Positions 40,969 to 50,520 of a stretch of 64,000 nt of DNA are shown here, piece by piece (within the stretch, counting starts at the first letter, position 1; every line of letters begins with the position of its first letter). This DNA comes from Vicinamibacteria bacterium (GTDB taxonomy: Bacteria > Acidobacteriota > Vicinamibacteria > Marinacidobacterales > Marinacidobacteraceae). Where the stretch lies: the NCBI GenBank assembly GCA_965199715.1, contig OZ241322.1:1120001-1184000 (forward strand). The letters run 5' to 3'. The position numbers and the translations under genes are program-made. The notes beneath the pieces were generated by a model. That model saw only the letters and a program-made list of their open reading frames with translations. It ran no database searches and had not been told where the DNA came from.

Positions 40969-43265
40969 TCGGCGGGAGGCTCCGGAACCTCGGGCTCGTG
41001 TTCGACGTGGGCGAACCCCGCCTTGTTGACCAAGTGTCCGACCCGGCCGCGGCCGCCCGCGGGGAAGCGGCTGGTCGTGATCTGCCGGCGCCGGCCGCCC
41101 GGAGTCACCGCGACGAGCGGCTCGTGGCGGCGGGCGGCGCGGAAGCCGAGCACCTCGTCGCCCGGGGCGAGCTTGATGACCCGCACGCCCTTCCCCGGCC
41201 CGGTCAGCAGGTTCACCTCCTCCACCGCGACGACGAGCGCCCGCCCCTTGCGGGTCGCGAGCAGCAGCGCCTCCTCGCCGTCCACGGGAGCCACGCCGAG
41301 CAGGCCGTCTCCCGAGGCGAAGCGGGCGACCCGGCGGCCGACCCGGCGGGAGGCGTCGGCCAGCGGGCCGAGAAGGAACCGCAGCGCGTAGCCGCGCCGG
41401 GTCAGCGCCAGCGCGTGCGTCGGCAGCGCCCCCGGGCGGCGTTCGGCCCACTCGCCCACCGCCCGGCGGTCGAGGCTGAGCATGCTCACGATGGACTCGC
41501 CGTCGCCGAGCTGGAAGAGCGTCTGCACCGGCGCGCCGTATCCGCTCGTGGCCGGGACCTGCGCGATCCGCGCCGTGTAGGCGACCCCGCCGGACGAGAA
41601 GAGCACGAGCGGAGCGCGGGTGCTGCCGGCGGCGAAGGCGAGCGCCTGGTCGCCGTCGCGCAGCCGGAGCGCGTCCTTCCGCACCGTCCGCTGGCGCTTG
41701 ATCCAGCCGTCCCGGCTGAGCGCGACCACGGCGTCCTCGTGCGCCATGAGCTCCTCCTCGTCGAGGTCCTGGGCCTGGCCCGGGTCCTCGATCCGGGTGC
41801 GGCGCGGCTCGAGGTCGCGGTAGTGCTCGCGCAGCTCGACGAGATCCTGCCGGACCCGCGCCCGAATCGCCTCCGGACTGGCGAGCAGCGCTTCGAGCTC
41901 GGCGAGGCGATCGCGCCGGCGGGCCATCTCGTCGAGGATCACCCGGATTTCGAGGCGCGCCAGCCGGTGGATGCGAAGCTCGAGGATCGCGTCGGTCTGC
42001 TCCTCGTCGAGCGGGAGCTCCTTGCGGATGCGCCGCGCCGCGTCGGCCTTCCCGTCGGAGGCGCGGACGATCTTCAGGATGCGGTCGAGCGCGTCGAAGG
42101 TCTGGCGAAAGCCGTCCAGTACGTGGAGCCGCTTCCGCAGGCGCTCGCGCTCCTCCTCCGCTCGCTTGCGGACGACCTCCCCGCGGAACGCGAGGAAGTC
42201 GAGCAGCAGCACGCGCAGGCCGACGCGCTCGGGCGCCCCCGAAGCCGCTCGCTCGAAACGCAGGCAGGTGAAGTTCACCGGGAACGACGCCATGAGCTGC
42301 GTGCGCCGGTACAGGTATTCGAGAACCTTCGCCGGATCCTCGTCCTTCCGGAGTTCGAGCTGGATGCGCACATCGTCGGTCGAGAGGTCGCGCACGTCGA
42401 GAAGGGCGGCCAGCGCCCGGTCGCCCGCGAGCTCCGCCAGCTTCTCGACCAGTTTCGACTTGTCCACGCCGTAGGGGATCGAGGTGACGTGGAGGGTGCG
42501 GACGTTGCGCCGGACCCCGACTTCCTCCACCCCGGCGCGCACCCGCAGCGCCCCGTGGCCGCGCTCGTGGATCCGCAGGAGCCGTTCCGCCGATTCGTGG
42601 ATCACCCCGCCGGTCGGAAAGTCCGGCCCCGGGACGAATCGCTGGAGGCCGGCAGCGTCGAGGTCGGGGTCGTCGAGCAGCGCGACCAGCCCCTCGAGCA
42701 GTTCGACCGGGTTGTACGGCGGGATGCTGGTCGAAACCCCCACCGCGATCCCGATGGCGCCGTTCACGAGCAGGAGCGGGAGGCGCGTGGGCAGAACCGC
42801 GGGCTCCCGGCGCGCGCCGTCGTAGCTCGGGACGTGGGGGACGATCGCCGGGCCGAGCTCGCCCAGCACGTGGTCGGCGGCGGCCGAGAGCCGGCACTCG
42901 GTGTACCGCATCGCCGCGGGCGGGTCGCCGTCGAGCGACCCGAAGTTGCCCGAGCCCTCGACCAGCGGCAGCCGGGACGCGAACGGCTGGGCCATCCGCG
43001 CCAGCGCGTCGTAGATGGACGAGTCGCCGTGGGGGTGGAGCGCCCCCATCACGTCGCCGACGACCTTCGCCGACTTGCGGAAGCGGCCCGAGGAGGTGAG
43101 CTTCTGGCCCCACATCGTCGCGAGGATGCGGCGCTGAACCGGCTTCAGGCCGTCCCGGACGTCGGGGAGCGCCCGACTCAGGATGACCGAGAGCGCGTAC
43201 GCCCGGTAGCGCGTCGTCGCGACTTCCGGGAGGTCCACCCCCGTCGGCGGCGCGTTCTCGTTCAC
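40965..43265 (-). CDS. Type IIA DNA topoisomerase subunit A (ParC/GyrA-like, probably topoisomerase IV)
   Basis: [28 protein letters not shown] active-site Tyr, GPDFPTGG; no recognisable GyrA-box; start at GTG 43265. Confidence 0.93.
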   Translation of the reverse strand: MNENAPPTGVDLPEVATTRYRAYALSVILSRALPDVRDGLKPVQRRILATMWGQKLTSSGRFRKSAKVVGDVMGALHPHGDSSIYDALARMAQPFASRLPLVEGSGNFGSLDGDPPAAMRYTECRLSAAADHVLGELGPAIVPHVPSYDGARREPAVLPTRLPLLLVNGAIGIAVGVSTSIPPYNPVELLEGLVALLDDPDLDAAGLQRFVPGPDFPTGGVIHESAERLLRIHERGHGALRVRAGVEEVGVRRNVRTLHVTSIPYGVDKSKLVEKLAELAGDRALAALLDVRDLSTDDVRIQLELRKDEDPAKVLEYLYRRTQLMASFPVNFTCLRFERAASGAPERVGLRVLLLDFLAFRGEVVRKRAEEERERLRKRLHVLDGFRQTFDALDRILKIVRASDGKADAARRIRKELPLDEEQTDAILELRIHRLARLEIRVILDEMARRRDRLAELEALLASPEAIRARVRQDLVELREHYRDLEPRRTRIEDPGQAQDLDEEELMAHEDAVVALSRDGWIKRQRTVRKDALRLRDGDQALAFAAGSTRAPLVLFSSGGVAYTARIAQVPATSGYGAPVQTLFQLGDGESIVSMLSLDRRAVGEWAERRPGALPTHALALTRRGYALRFLLGPLADASRRVGRRVARFASGDGLLGVAPVDGEEALLLATRKGRALVVAVEEVNLLTGPGKGVRVIKLAPGDEVLGFRAARRHEPLVAVTPGGRRRQITTSRFPAGGRGRVGHLVNKAGFAHVEHEPEVPEPPAE

Positions 43266-43286
43266 CGGTGCGGCAGAATGGGCGCG
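43266..43286. promoter_or_regulatory. Candidate bidirectional promoter (overlapping -10-like hexamers) between divergent genes
   Basis: Plus CAGAAT 43274-43279, 7 nt before ATG 43287; minus CATTCT 43280-43275, 9 nt before GTG 43265. Confidence 0.45.
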
Positions 43287-43652
43287 ATGCGAAGAGCGCG
43301 GGGAGCGTCGGCGCTGCTCGTGGCCGGCGGCGCGGTTTTCGGCGTCGGCGCGCTCGGGCTCGACCGGCTGTCCTTCGTCCCCTGCGGGTTCCGGTGGCTC
43401 ACCGGACTTCCGTGCCCGCTGTGCTTCGGAACCCGGGCGACGTACGCGCTCTCCCAGGGAGCGATCGGCGACGCCTTCGCGCTGAACCCGCTGGTTCCCC
43501 TGGGCGCCCTCGCGATCGTCATCAGCGGGGCGCTGCTGCTCGCCGACCGGGAGCCGCCGTGGCTCGCGCCGGGCCGCCAGCCGGCGGTGTTCAAGGCCGC
43601 GCTCGCCGCCGTCGGGATCAACTGGTTCTACCTGATCTTCCACTCCGGCTAG
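43287..43652 (+). CDS. DUF2752-like membrane protein
   Basis: [18 protein letters not shown]...GDAFALNPL motif and TM helices; alternative ATG at 43278. Confidence 0.85.
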   Translation: MRRARGASALLVAGGAVFGVGALGLDRLSFVPCGFRWLTGLPCPLCFGTRATYALSQGAIGDAFALNPLVPLGALAIVISGALLLADREPPWLAPGRQPAVFKAALAAVGINWFYLIFHSG

Positions 43653-44041
43653 TCGGCGGCCTCGACGTACGCCCGGACCATCAGCCGCCGGGGGCCGCGC
43701 GAGTCGTTCGAGCGGATCGTGATCCAGCGTTCGACGACGCCCCGCAGCGCTCCGGTCTCGAGCGTGACGCGCAGCGTGGTCGCGCCGCCGGCCGGAACGG
43801 TCGCGTCCCCGATCACGGTGGCGATGCAACTGCACGCGGACGCGATGCGCCCGATCTCGAGCGACCGCCGCCCGGCGTTCTTCAGCGCGAAGTCATGGAC
43901 GAGCGACTCGCCGGGACCGACCGCGCCGAAGTCCCACTCCTCGGGCTCGATCTCGAGCCGGGGTCCCTGCGCCGCGGAAACCGCCGGAACCAGGGCGAGG
44001 AAGAGCAGCAGCGGGGCGGCCCGCCGCTCAGTCCTCCGCAC
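43649..44041 (-). CDS. DUF1573-like secreted Ig-fold protein
   Basis: Signal peptide, WDFGAV, F.LKNAG...L.I, ACSC, I.I.SND. Confidence 0.85.
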   Translation of the reverse strand: MRRTERRAAPLLLFLALVPAVSAAQGPRLEIEPEEWDFGAVGPGESLVHDFALKNAGRRSLEIGRIASACSCIATVIGDATVPAGGATTLRVTLETGALRGVVERWITIRSNDSRGPRRLMVRAYVEAAD

Positions 44042-44309
44042 CGGACGCCTCCACGGTCTTGAGGAACGCCGCGAGTTTCTCGTTCTCGTAGCGGACGACG
44101 TTCAGGAAGAGGCTCTCCACGAGGTATTCGCGGCGCTCCGCCTCGGTCATGGATTCGACCACGTGCCGGATCTCGCGCATCATGTTCTCGTAGCTGTTCC
44201 GGAATCGGCTCTTCACCGAGACCTCGCGGTAGAGCGACTCGAGGATCCCGAGGAGATCGCCGTCGAGCGTGACCTCCGCTCCCTCGCGCAGGGAAATGGC
44301 GCGCATCAC
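44028..44309 (-). CDS. Hypothetical helical protein, 93 aa
   Basis: Normal composition, GTGA overlap with the STAS gene. Confidence 0.75.
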   Translation of the reverse strand: MMRAISLREGAEVTLDGDLLGILESLYREVSVKSRFRNSYENMMREIRHVVESMTEAERREYLVESLFLNVVRYENEKLAAFLKTVEASGAED

Positions 44310-44665
44310 CCGTCCTCCCCGAATCGGCGGCGGGCCGCCGCCGCGGCGTCCTCCACGGTGTCGAAGAACCCGATGATTTCATGGGCGCCGGTCATGCGCA
44401 GCATGGCCCGCACCCGGGGCTGGAGTCCGGCGAGGGCGAGGAACCCGCGGCCGTCCGCCACGCGCCGGTACAGATCCATGATGCAGCCGATCGCGGCGGA
44501 GTCCACGTAGTCCACCGCCTCGAGATCGAGGATGAGAACCGGCCGATCCGGCGCCACTGACGGAGCAAGGCGCTCCATGAGCGGGTCGAGGCCGGCGAAC
44601 ACGAGGCGGGCCTCGCCGACCCGGGCCACGGTGGCGCCGTCCACGTTTCGAATGCCGAGCTTCAC
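44306..44665 (-). CDS. STAS-domain anti-sigma factor antagonist
   Basis: LILDLEAVDYVDSAAIG with the phosphorylatable Ser, LAGLQPRV..ML.MTG; GTGA overlap start. Confidence 0.9.
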   Translation of the reverse strand: MKLGIRNVDGATVARVGEARLVFAGLDPLMERLAPSVAPDRPVLILDLEAVDYVDSAAIGCIMDLYRRVADGRGFLALAGLQPRVRAMLRMTGAHEIIGFFDTVEDAAAAARRRFGEDG

Positions 44666-45309
44666 GATTCCATCCTCCCCGGAGGAGACGCCTCCGTGTG
44701 TTCCCGCATCGCGGCGAGATGCCGCTTCAACTCCGCCCGCCCCCGGTGGATGCGGCTCTTGACCGTGCCTTCGGGCACGCCCAGCCGGGCGCAGATGTCG
44801 TCGTAGGGAAGTTCCTCGAAGAATCGCAACTGGACCGCCTCGCGGAGCTTCGGCGAGAGCCGCTCGAGCGCCTCGCGCAGATTGTCGCGCATCTCCCGGC
44901 GCTGGAAGAGCCGGTCCGGGCCCAGCCGCGGATTCCCGAGAAAGCGCTCCGGCGAAACCTCCTGGATCGCGATCCACTGTCTTTCCCGGACGCGCACCCG
45001 ATAGCGGTCGATGCAGTAGTTGCGGGCCACCGAGGACAGCCACACCGCGAAGTGGGCGCGGGGGTCGAAGCGATGAAGCTGGCGGAACACGCGGATGATG
45101 ATCTCGTGGACGAGCTCCTCCGCCTCGCCGTAGTCTCCGGCGAACCGGTAGGCCAGCGAGAAGAGCCGCTGGCGGTGGCGGGAAATGAGCTCGCGCCAGC
45201 CCTCGTCCTCGTCCAGCTCGCCGCTGCGCAGCCCCTCGATGACCGCGATGTCCCGCGCATTCCGCTCCTCGTCGGGGCGCGGCGCTTCCCGGGGGCGAGC
45301 CAGCCCCAA
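44662..45309 (-). CDS. ECF RNA polymerase sigma factor (start uncertain, TTG 45309 used)
   Basis: Region 2 AEELVHEIIIRVF...FAVWLSSVARNYCID; region 4 LPYDDICARLGVPEGTVKSRIHRGR. Confidence 0.9.
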   Translation of the reverse strand: MGLARPREAPRPDEERNARDIAVIEGLRSGELDEDEGWRELISRHRQRLFSLAYRFAGDYGEAEELVHEIIIRVFRQLHRFDPRAHFAVWLSSVARNYCIDRYRVRVRERQWIAIQEVSPERFLGNPRLGPDRLFQRREMRDNLREALERLSPKLREAVQLRFFEELPYDDICARLGVPEGTVKSRIHRGRAELKRHLAAMREHTEASPPGRMES

Positions 45310-45311
45310 GA

Positions 45312-46118
45312 TCAGGTTTCCGGGACTTCGGGCCGCCCGGCGGCGACCCAGGCGGTGTACCAGAGACTCGCGACGTCCCGCGCCGAGTCGCTGGCGATGC
45401 GCCCCACCAGCGTTCCGAGCCGCGCCCACATGCCGTCCATGTAGAAGCGGTCGTAGTCGGAGACGCCGCGCCGGGACTCGGCGTCGGTGAAGACGATGTT
45501 GTCCACCCATACGTACGCCTTGACCGGCAGGGACTCGATGAATTCGCGGGGGCGATCCAGATAGACCCCGTCGGAATCCCGCACGCGCAGCTCGTCCGAA
45601 AAGATCGACGGGAGCTCGGTGTCGAACCGGCGGCGGAGGCCGTCGCGCCCGGTGGCCTGGCCGTCGCCTTCCGAAGATGCGTGGAGCGGCATCCCGAGGT
45701 CGGCGGCGAGGAACGCCACGTCGCTCGCCAGCTCGAGCGCCAGCTCGAAGTCGCTCGCCTCGAAGGCCTCGCGAAGCGCGTCCCACGTCTCGGCGAGCCG
45801 CCAGACGCCGTCCCCGTACTCCTCGATCTGCTCCTCCCCGAAGCGCCGCAGCGCGAATTCCCGGGTGGGCGGAAAGTCCACGAACGGGAAGGAGTCGTAG
45901 CGGTCCAGGAAGAACCGGGCCGGATTCCGGTCCCGCGCGGGATCCTCGAGAAGGTCGAGGAGCGTCTCCTCGTATTCCTCGAAGTAGTCCTTGATCGGGT
46001 CGGGGAGCGAGTCGATGGCTTCTTCGGCGATCCGACGGTGGACTTCGGGCCCCCACGCGGCGGCGGCGGCCGCCCCGAAGGAACAGCAGACGAGGATCGG
46101 GATGAGTCGCATGCCCAC
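45312..46118 (-). CDS. Secreted Zn-dependent phospholipase C / S1-P1 nuclease superfamily protein (degenerate His ligands)
   Basis: Signal peptide then WGPEVH; ADLGMPLH motif; helical; VASLWYTAW C-terminus. Confidence 0.78.
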   Translation of the reverse strand: MGMRLIPILVCCSFGAAAAAAWGPEVHRRIAEEAIDSLPDPIKDYFEEYEETLLDLLEDPARDRNPARFFLDRYDSFPFVDFPPTREFALRRFGEEQIEEYGDGVWRLAETWDALREAFEASDFELALELASDVAFLAADLGMPLHASSEGDGQATGRDGLRRRFDTELPSIFSDELRVRDSDGVYLDRPREFIESLPVKAYVWVDNIVFTDAESRRGVSDYDRFYMDGMWARLGTLVGRIASDSARDVASLWYTAWVAAGRPEVPET

Positions 46119-46133
46119 GGCTTCGCCGGAATG

Positions 46134-46883
46134 TTAGTCACTGGACTCCGGGCGGGACCGGGTGACCGTCACCACGTCCACCGGCCCCCAGCCCGCCCGG
46201 GCGAGCGCCCGGATCGCCGCCTCCACGGTGCTCCCCGTCGTGAACACGTCATCCACCAGCAGGATCGGCAGGCCGGCGCGGTCCGCCGCCGGCGCAGCCC
46301 GGAACGCGCCCCGGAGGTTGCGGCGGCGGCCCGCCGGGCTGAGGTCGGTCTGCGGCGGACGGCTCTTGCGGCTCAGGACGCGCGGCAGGAGCGGCGCGCC
46401 GAGCGACCGGGCGACCGGCGCGGCGAGCAGCTCCGCCTGGTTGAAACCGCGCCGGCGGCGGCGCCAGAAGGACATCGGCGCGGGCGCGACCGCCGCCGGA
46501 GGCGCTCCCTCGACGGCGCGCTCCCGGTACGCCCGGACGAGCAACCCGCCGAGCGTCCGGGCGAGAGGCTCGCGCCGCCGGTACTTCAGCTCGGACACCG
46601 CGCGGCGGAGCGGGCCGTCGTGCCGGCCGACGGCGACGGCGCTGCGGAACCGGGGCGCCCGCTCCGGGCAGGACTCGCAGGCGCCGGCGGCGAGTCCGAG
46701 CCGCGGGAACTGGCCGCAGCGCGGGCAGGGCGGCGGCCCGGGCTCCTCGAGCGCGGCGCGGCAGGTTCCGCACGCCGGGTGGAGCAGCGGGTCGGGGAGC
46801 GGCCCGTCGCACAGGCAGCAGGTCCCCGGCCAGAGCAACTGTCCGAGCGCGGCGCGGACCGCCTCGACCCGGGGCCGGGGCAT
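46134..46883 (-). CDS. comF: ComF-family phosphoribosyltransferase-like protein
   Basis: N-terminal CxxC zinc motifs, RGFNQAELL, LLVDDVFTTGST. Confidence 0.9.
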   Translation of the reverse strand: MPRPRVEAVRAALGQLLWPGTCCLCDGPLPDPLLHPACGTCRAALEEPGPPPCPRCGQFPRLGLAAGACESCPERAPRFRSAVAVGRHDGPLRRAVSELKYRRREPLARTLGGLLVRAYRERAVEGAPPAAVAPAPMSFWRRRRRGFNQAELLAAPVARSLGAPLLPRVLSRKSRPPQTDLSPAGRRRNLRGAFRAAPAADRAGLPILLVDDVFTTGSTVEAAIRALARAGWGPVDVVTVTRSRPESSD

Positions 46884-46892
46884 CCGGACCGG

Positions 46893-48227
46893 TCAGTAGC
46901 GGACGGGCGCGGAGACCGGCGCCGGCTCGACGCCGACGACGTCCAGCCGCACGGTCCCGTACCCCTGGCATTCGGGACAGATGTCGAGCTGGCGGTCGCT
47001 GCGCGCCCCGCAGTTCGTACACGCGAACTCGCGCAGCAGGTCGGGCAGCGCCGCCATGGCGTCCCGGGCGCGTCCCACCGCCTCGGGAAAGTCGCCACGG
47101 CTCTCGAGGATGCGGGCCATCCGCGCGTTCAGCGCCGGGGAGCGCTCCCTCGGCAACTGGCCGAAGCACTGCAGCGCGTCGTCCAGCATGAACAGCCGGT
47201 CGTAGAGGCGGCCGAGAAAGTATCCGCACTCCGGAGTTCCGCTCCCGCCCGCGATCGCCGCCTTCCAGATCTGGATCGCCTCCTCCGGCCGGGTGCGTTG
47301 CAGGTGGTGGTCCTGAAGCGCGACGAGGAGCGCGGTGGAGGAGGTCCGCTCGAACCCGCGCTTCCACGTGTCCTCGGCGGCGGTCTCGTTCTTCGCCATC
47401 AGGTACGCCTCGCCGAGCCGCAGCCACGCCGGCGCGGCGCCCGGATCCTCCTCCAGCACCTTGCGGAAGACGGCGGCCGCCTCGACCGGCTCGCCCGCCT
47501 CGAGCAGGGCCGCCCCGTCGGCGTGCCGGAGCGCGAGCGCGCGCCGCGCCTCCGCCGGGCGCCGGTCCTCGGGCGTCGCCCGCACGAGCCGCTGCTGCAC
47601 CTCGAGCGCCGCCCCCGGGAAACCGGCCGCCACGTGGAGGTCGCGCAGCCGGGCGAGCGCCTGCGGGGTCGGTTCCGGATCCTCGGCGACGGTGGTCTCG
47701 AGCAGCGCCCGCGCGTGCTCCGAGCGGCCGAGCGCGACCTCGGCCTCGACGAGCGCGTAGGCCGCGCCCACGTGGCTGCGGTCCTGCTTCACCACGTCGT
47801 CGAGCTCGTCCACCGCCTCGCCCGGGCGGCCGAGGCGCATCAGGCACTCGGCCTTGCGCATCAGGATCCGGACGTCGGCCCCGGTCTTCTCCTGGGCGGA
47901 GGCAAGGGTGCCGAGCGCGTCGGCCCAGCGACCGGAAGCCATTTCCTCGAGCCCGAGCAGGAACAGCCGCTCCCCCTCGTCGAACGCGGCGCGGGACCCC
48001 CGCATGCGCCGCTCGCGCAGCGCCCGCCGCGCCCATCCGAACAGGTCGAGGCCGAGCGCCAGCGCCGCGCCAGCGCCCACCGCGCCGAGGATCACCCGCC
48101 AAAGCTCGACTTCCATCGGCAGGAAGAGCGGCAGCCGCAGCGTGACGGTCTCCGGGTTCGCGTCCACCACCAGCAGGGCGCCGGTCGCGAGCGCGCCCGC
48201 GCCGAGAAGAAGGACCAGCGCGCGCAT
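46893..48227 (-). CDS. TPR protein, LapB-like, with a LapA-like N-terminal membrane domain
   Basis: Two N-terminal TMs with N.ETVTL, TPR repeats, C-terminal CTNCG...CPEC rubredoxin motif. Confidence 0.75.
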   Translation of the reverse strand: MRALVLLLGAGALATGALLVVDANPETVTLRLPLFLPMEVELWRVILGAVGAGAALALGLDLFGWARRALRERRMRGSRAAFDEGERLFLLGLEEMASGRWADALGTLASAQEKTGADVRILMRKAECLMRLGRPGEAVDELDDVVKQDRSHVGAAYALVEAEVALGRSEHARALLETTVAEDPEPTPQALARLRDLHVAAGFPGAALEVQQRLVRATPEDRRPAEARRALALRHADGAALLEAGEPVEAAAVFRKVLEEDPGAAPAWLRLGEAYLMAKNETAAEDTWKRGFERTSSTALLVALQDHHLQRTRPEEAIQIWKAAIAGGSGTPECGYFLGRLYDRLFMLDDALQCFGQLPRERSPALNARMARILESRGDFPEAVGRARDAMAALPDLLREFACTNCGARSDRQLDICPECQGYGTVRLDVVGVEPAPVSAPVRY

Positions 48228-48240
48228 CGGAAGCCCGATT

Positions 48241-48612
48241 CTAAGGGCCGCCCTCGGAGGGCTCGGGGACCAGCCGGGCGGCGTCGCCCCAGAGGCGTTC
48301 GAGCTGCACCGACTCGCGCCACTCGGGCGACATGACGTGCACCACGAAGTCCACGTAGTCGGCGAGCACCCAGCCGCCCGAGGGATAGCCCTCGAAGTGG
48401 AGCGGCTTGCGTCCGAACCGCTCGCGGAGGCCGTCCGCCACCCGGTCCGCGACGTTGCGCCGGCGGCGCTCGCTGGCGGCGCTCGCGATGACGAAGAAGT
48501 CGGTGAAGTCGGCGAGGCCGCGCAGGTCGAGCGCCACCACGTCGTCGGCCTTCTCCTCCTCGGCGAGGCGCGCCGCGTGCCGGACGACCTCGTCGATCGG
48601 GGGCGCGGTCAT
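48241..48612 (-). CDS. rsfS: Ribosome silencing factor
   Basis: KADDVVALDL, DFFVIAS, WVLADY, LERLWGDA; follows nadD. Confidence 0.93.
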   Translation of the reverse strand: MTAPPIDEVVRHAARLAEEEKADDVVALDLRGLADFTDFFVIASAASERRRRNVADRVADGLRERFGRKPLHFEGYPSGGWVLADYVDFVVHVMSPEWRESVQLERLWGDAARLVPEPSEGGP

Positions 48613-49238
48613 CGGTAGAGCCCGAGCGCGGCGATCCGCGCCTCGACCCGCTCGGGGACCATGCCGGTGACCGGAAGGCGCTCCCGCAGGCGCCGACGGA
48701 TCACGCGGGAGCTGACGTCGGGGAGCTCCGCGTCCAGCACGAGCAGGAGCGGGGGGACGATCTTGGTCGCCGGATCCTCCGACACGCGGGGGCGCAGCCG
48801 GGCGGGCAGCCGGGCGACCGCGTCCCGGGCGCTCGCGCCCGCCCGCGAATGAACGGCCACCGGGAACCGGGCGAGAAGCTCCTCATGGCGGCTCCACGTC
48901 TCGATCTCGCGGAATGCGTCGGCGCCGACCATGAGCAGCGGGGCCGGTCCGGCGTCGCGGGCGATCTGGTTCAGGGTGTCGAGCGTAAACGATGGTCCCG
49001 ACCGGTCCAGTTCCACGGCGCTGGCCGCGAGGCGCTCATGCCCCCGGACGGCCTCGCGCACCAGCTCGAGCCGCGCCTCCGGGGACGCGGCCGGCGCGGG
49101 CCGGTGCGGCGGGACGGCGGCCGGGACGAGAAGCACCTGCGCGAGATCCAGCCGGTCGCGGGCGGCGACCGCGGCGGCCACGTGGCCCACGTGCGGCGGA
49201 TCGAAGGCGCCGCCGTACACGGCCCGCAGGTCGCTCAC
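48609..49238 (-). CDS. nadD: Nicotinate-nucleotide adenylyltransferase
   Basis: YGGAFDPPHVGH, PSFTLDTL, GAD, VSSRVIR. Confidence 0.93.
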   Translation of the reverse strand: MSDLRAVYGGAFDPPHVGHVAAAVAARDRLDLAQVLLVPAAVPPHRPAPAASPEARLELVREAVRGHERLAASAVELDRSGPSFTLDTLNQIARDAGPAPLLMVGADAFREIETWSRHEELLARFPVAVHSRAGASARDAVARLPARLRPRVSEDPATKIVPPLLLVLDAELPDVSSRVIRRRLRERLPVTGMVPERVEARIAALGLYR

Positions 49239-50230
49239 GGCAGGATGCGGGCGGCGAGCGCGCCCACGACCTCGCGGCAGCCGTCCCCGGTCGCCGCCGA
49301 GATCGCGAAGAAGGAGAGCCCGCGTTCCGAGGCGGCGCGCCTCAGACCCTCGACCCGCTCCGGGGCGGCGGGCAGGTCGGTCTTGTTGCCCACGACGATG
49401 GCCGGCTTTTCGGAGAGCCCCGCGCCGAATCGGTCGAGCTCCTGCCGGAGCACGGCGAGATCGGCGGTCGGGTCGCGTCCCGACGCGTCGGAGACGTCCA
49501 CGAGGAACACCACGAACGCGGTGCGGGAGAGGTGCTTCAGGAAGCGGATCCCGAGCCCCGCCCCGCCGCTGGCCCCGGGAATGATCCCGGGCAGGTCGGC
49601 GATCACGAACTCGGCGTCGACGTCCACGCGGACCATCCCGAGGTTGGGCGCGAGGGTCGTGAAGGCGTAGTCCGCGATCCGGGGCCGCGCCGCGCTCACC
49701 CGCGCGACGAAGGACGACTTCCCCGCGTTCGGGAACCCGAGCAGCCCCACGTCGGCGAAGAGGCGCAGCTCCAGCCGCAGCTCGCGGGAGACGCCGGGCC
49801 GGCCCGGTTCCGCCCGCCTCGGGGCCTGGTTCGTCGCGGTGCGGAAGACCGCGTTGCCGCGGCCGCCGCGGCCGCCCTCGGCCACGACGAGGGTCTCGCC
49901 GTCGGCGACGAGATCGCCCAGCAGGACGCCGCTCTCGGCGTCGAATACGGCGGTTCCGGCGGGCACCCGGATCGACAGATCCGAGCCCGAGCGCCCCTGG
50001 CGGTTGTTGCCGGAGCCGTGCCCGCCCGAGTCCGCCCGGTAGGAGGGGCGGAAGCGGTGGGAGGCGAGCGTGTTGCGGCCGCCGACGGCGAGGAGGACCA
50101 CGTTTCCGCCCGCGCCGCCGTTGCCGCCGTCGGGGCCGCCCTTCGGGACGAACTTCTCGCGGCGGAAGCTCGCGACCCCATTGCCGCCGGCGCCGCCGGA
50201 GACCCGGATCAGCGCCTCGTCAACCAGCAT
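49235..50230 (-). CDS. obgE: GTPase ObgE/CgtA
   Basis: FRREKFVPKGGPDGG, GFPNAGKS, YAFTTL, DLPG, NKTD. Confidence 0.97.
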   Translation of the reverse strand: MLVDEALIRVSGGAGGNGVASFRREKFVPKGGPDGGNGGAGGNVVLLAVGGRNTLASHRFRPSYRADSGGHGSGNNRQGRSGSDLSIRVPAGTAVFDAESGVLLGDLVADGETLVVAEGGRGGRGNAVFRTATNQAPRRAEPGRPGVSRELRLELRLFADVGLLGFPNAGKSSFVARVSAARPRIADYAFTTLAPNLGMVRVDVDAEFVIADLPGIIPGASGGAGLGIRFLKHLSRTAFVVFLVDVSDASGRDPTADLAVLRQELDRFGAGLSEKPAIVVGNKTDLPAAPERVEGLRRAASERGLSFFAISAATGDGCREVVGALAARILP

Positions 50231-50263
50231 GGAGAACCCGGCCCGGAGGGCGGGCCGGAGGCG

Positions 50264-50518
50264 TCAGGCCGCGTCGATCGCGATGAACCGCCCGAGGCGT
50301 CCCCGGTCGCGGAACTGCACCACCCCCGCAACCCGCGCATAGAGCGTGTCGTCCCTGCCGCGCCCGACGCCGGGCCCGGGCTTGAACCGGGTGCCCCGCT
50401 GGCGGACGAGGATCGCGCCGCCGAGGACCCGCTCGCCGGCGAACCGCTTGACTCCGAGCCGCTTGGAATGGCTGTCGCGCCCGTTGCGGGAGCTTCCCTG
50501 ACCTTTCTTGTGCGCCAT
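50264..50518 (-). CDS. rpmA: 50S ribosomal protein L27
   Basis: [16 protein letters not shown]. Confidence 0.98.
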   Translation of the reverse strand: MAHKKGQGSSRNGRDSHSKRLGVKRFAGERVLGGAILVRQRGTRFKPGPGVGRGRDDTLYARVAGVVQFRDRGRLGRFIAIDAA

Positions 50519-50520
50519 GG

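Noticed and set aside
39064-43113. 1349-aa ORF suggesting a giant or fused topoisomerase
   Set aside because: The N-terminal half is an off-frame shadow of subunit A; the real B subunit starts at ATG 40968. The same artefact inflates ORFs 1824..4190, 11182..13845, 20599..22545 and others.
43262-43621. Minus-strand 119-aa ORF whose stop overlaps the topoisomerase A start, suggesting a dual-coded region
   Set aside because: GTG followed by A always creates TGA; the peptide is Ser/Ala/Pro-rich antisense of the DUF2752 gene.
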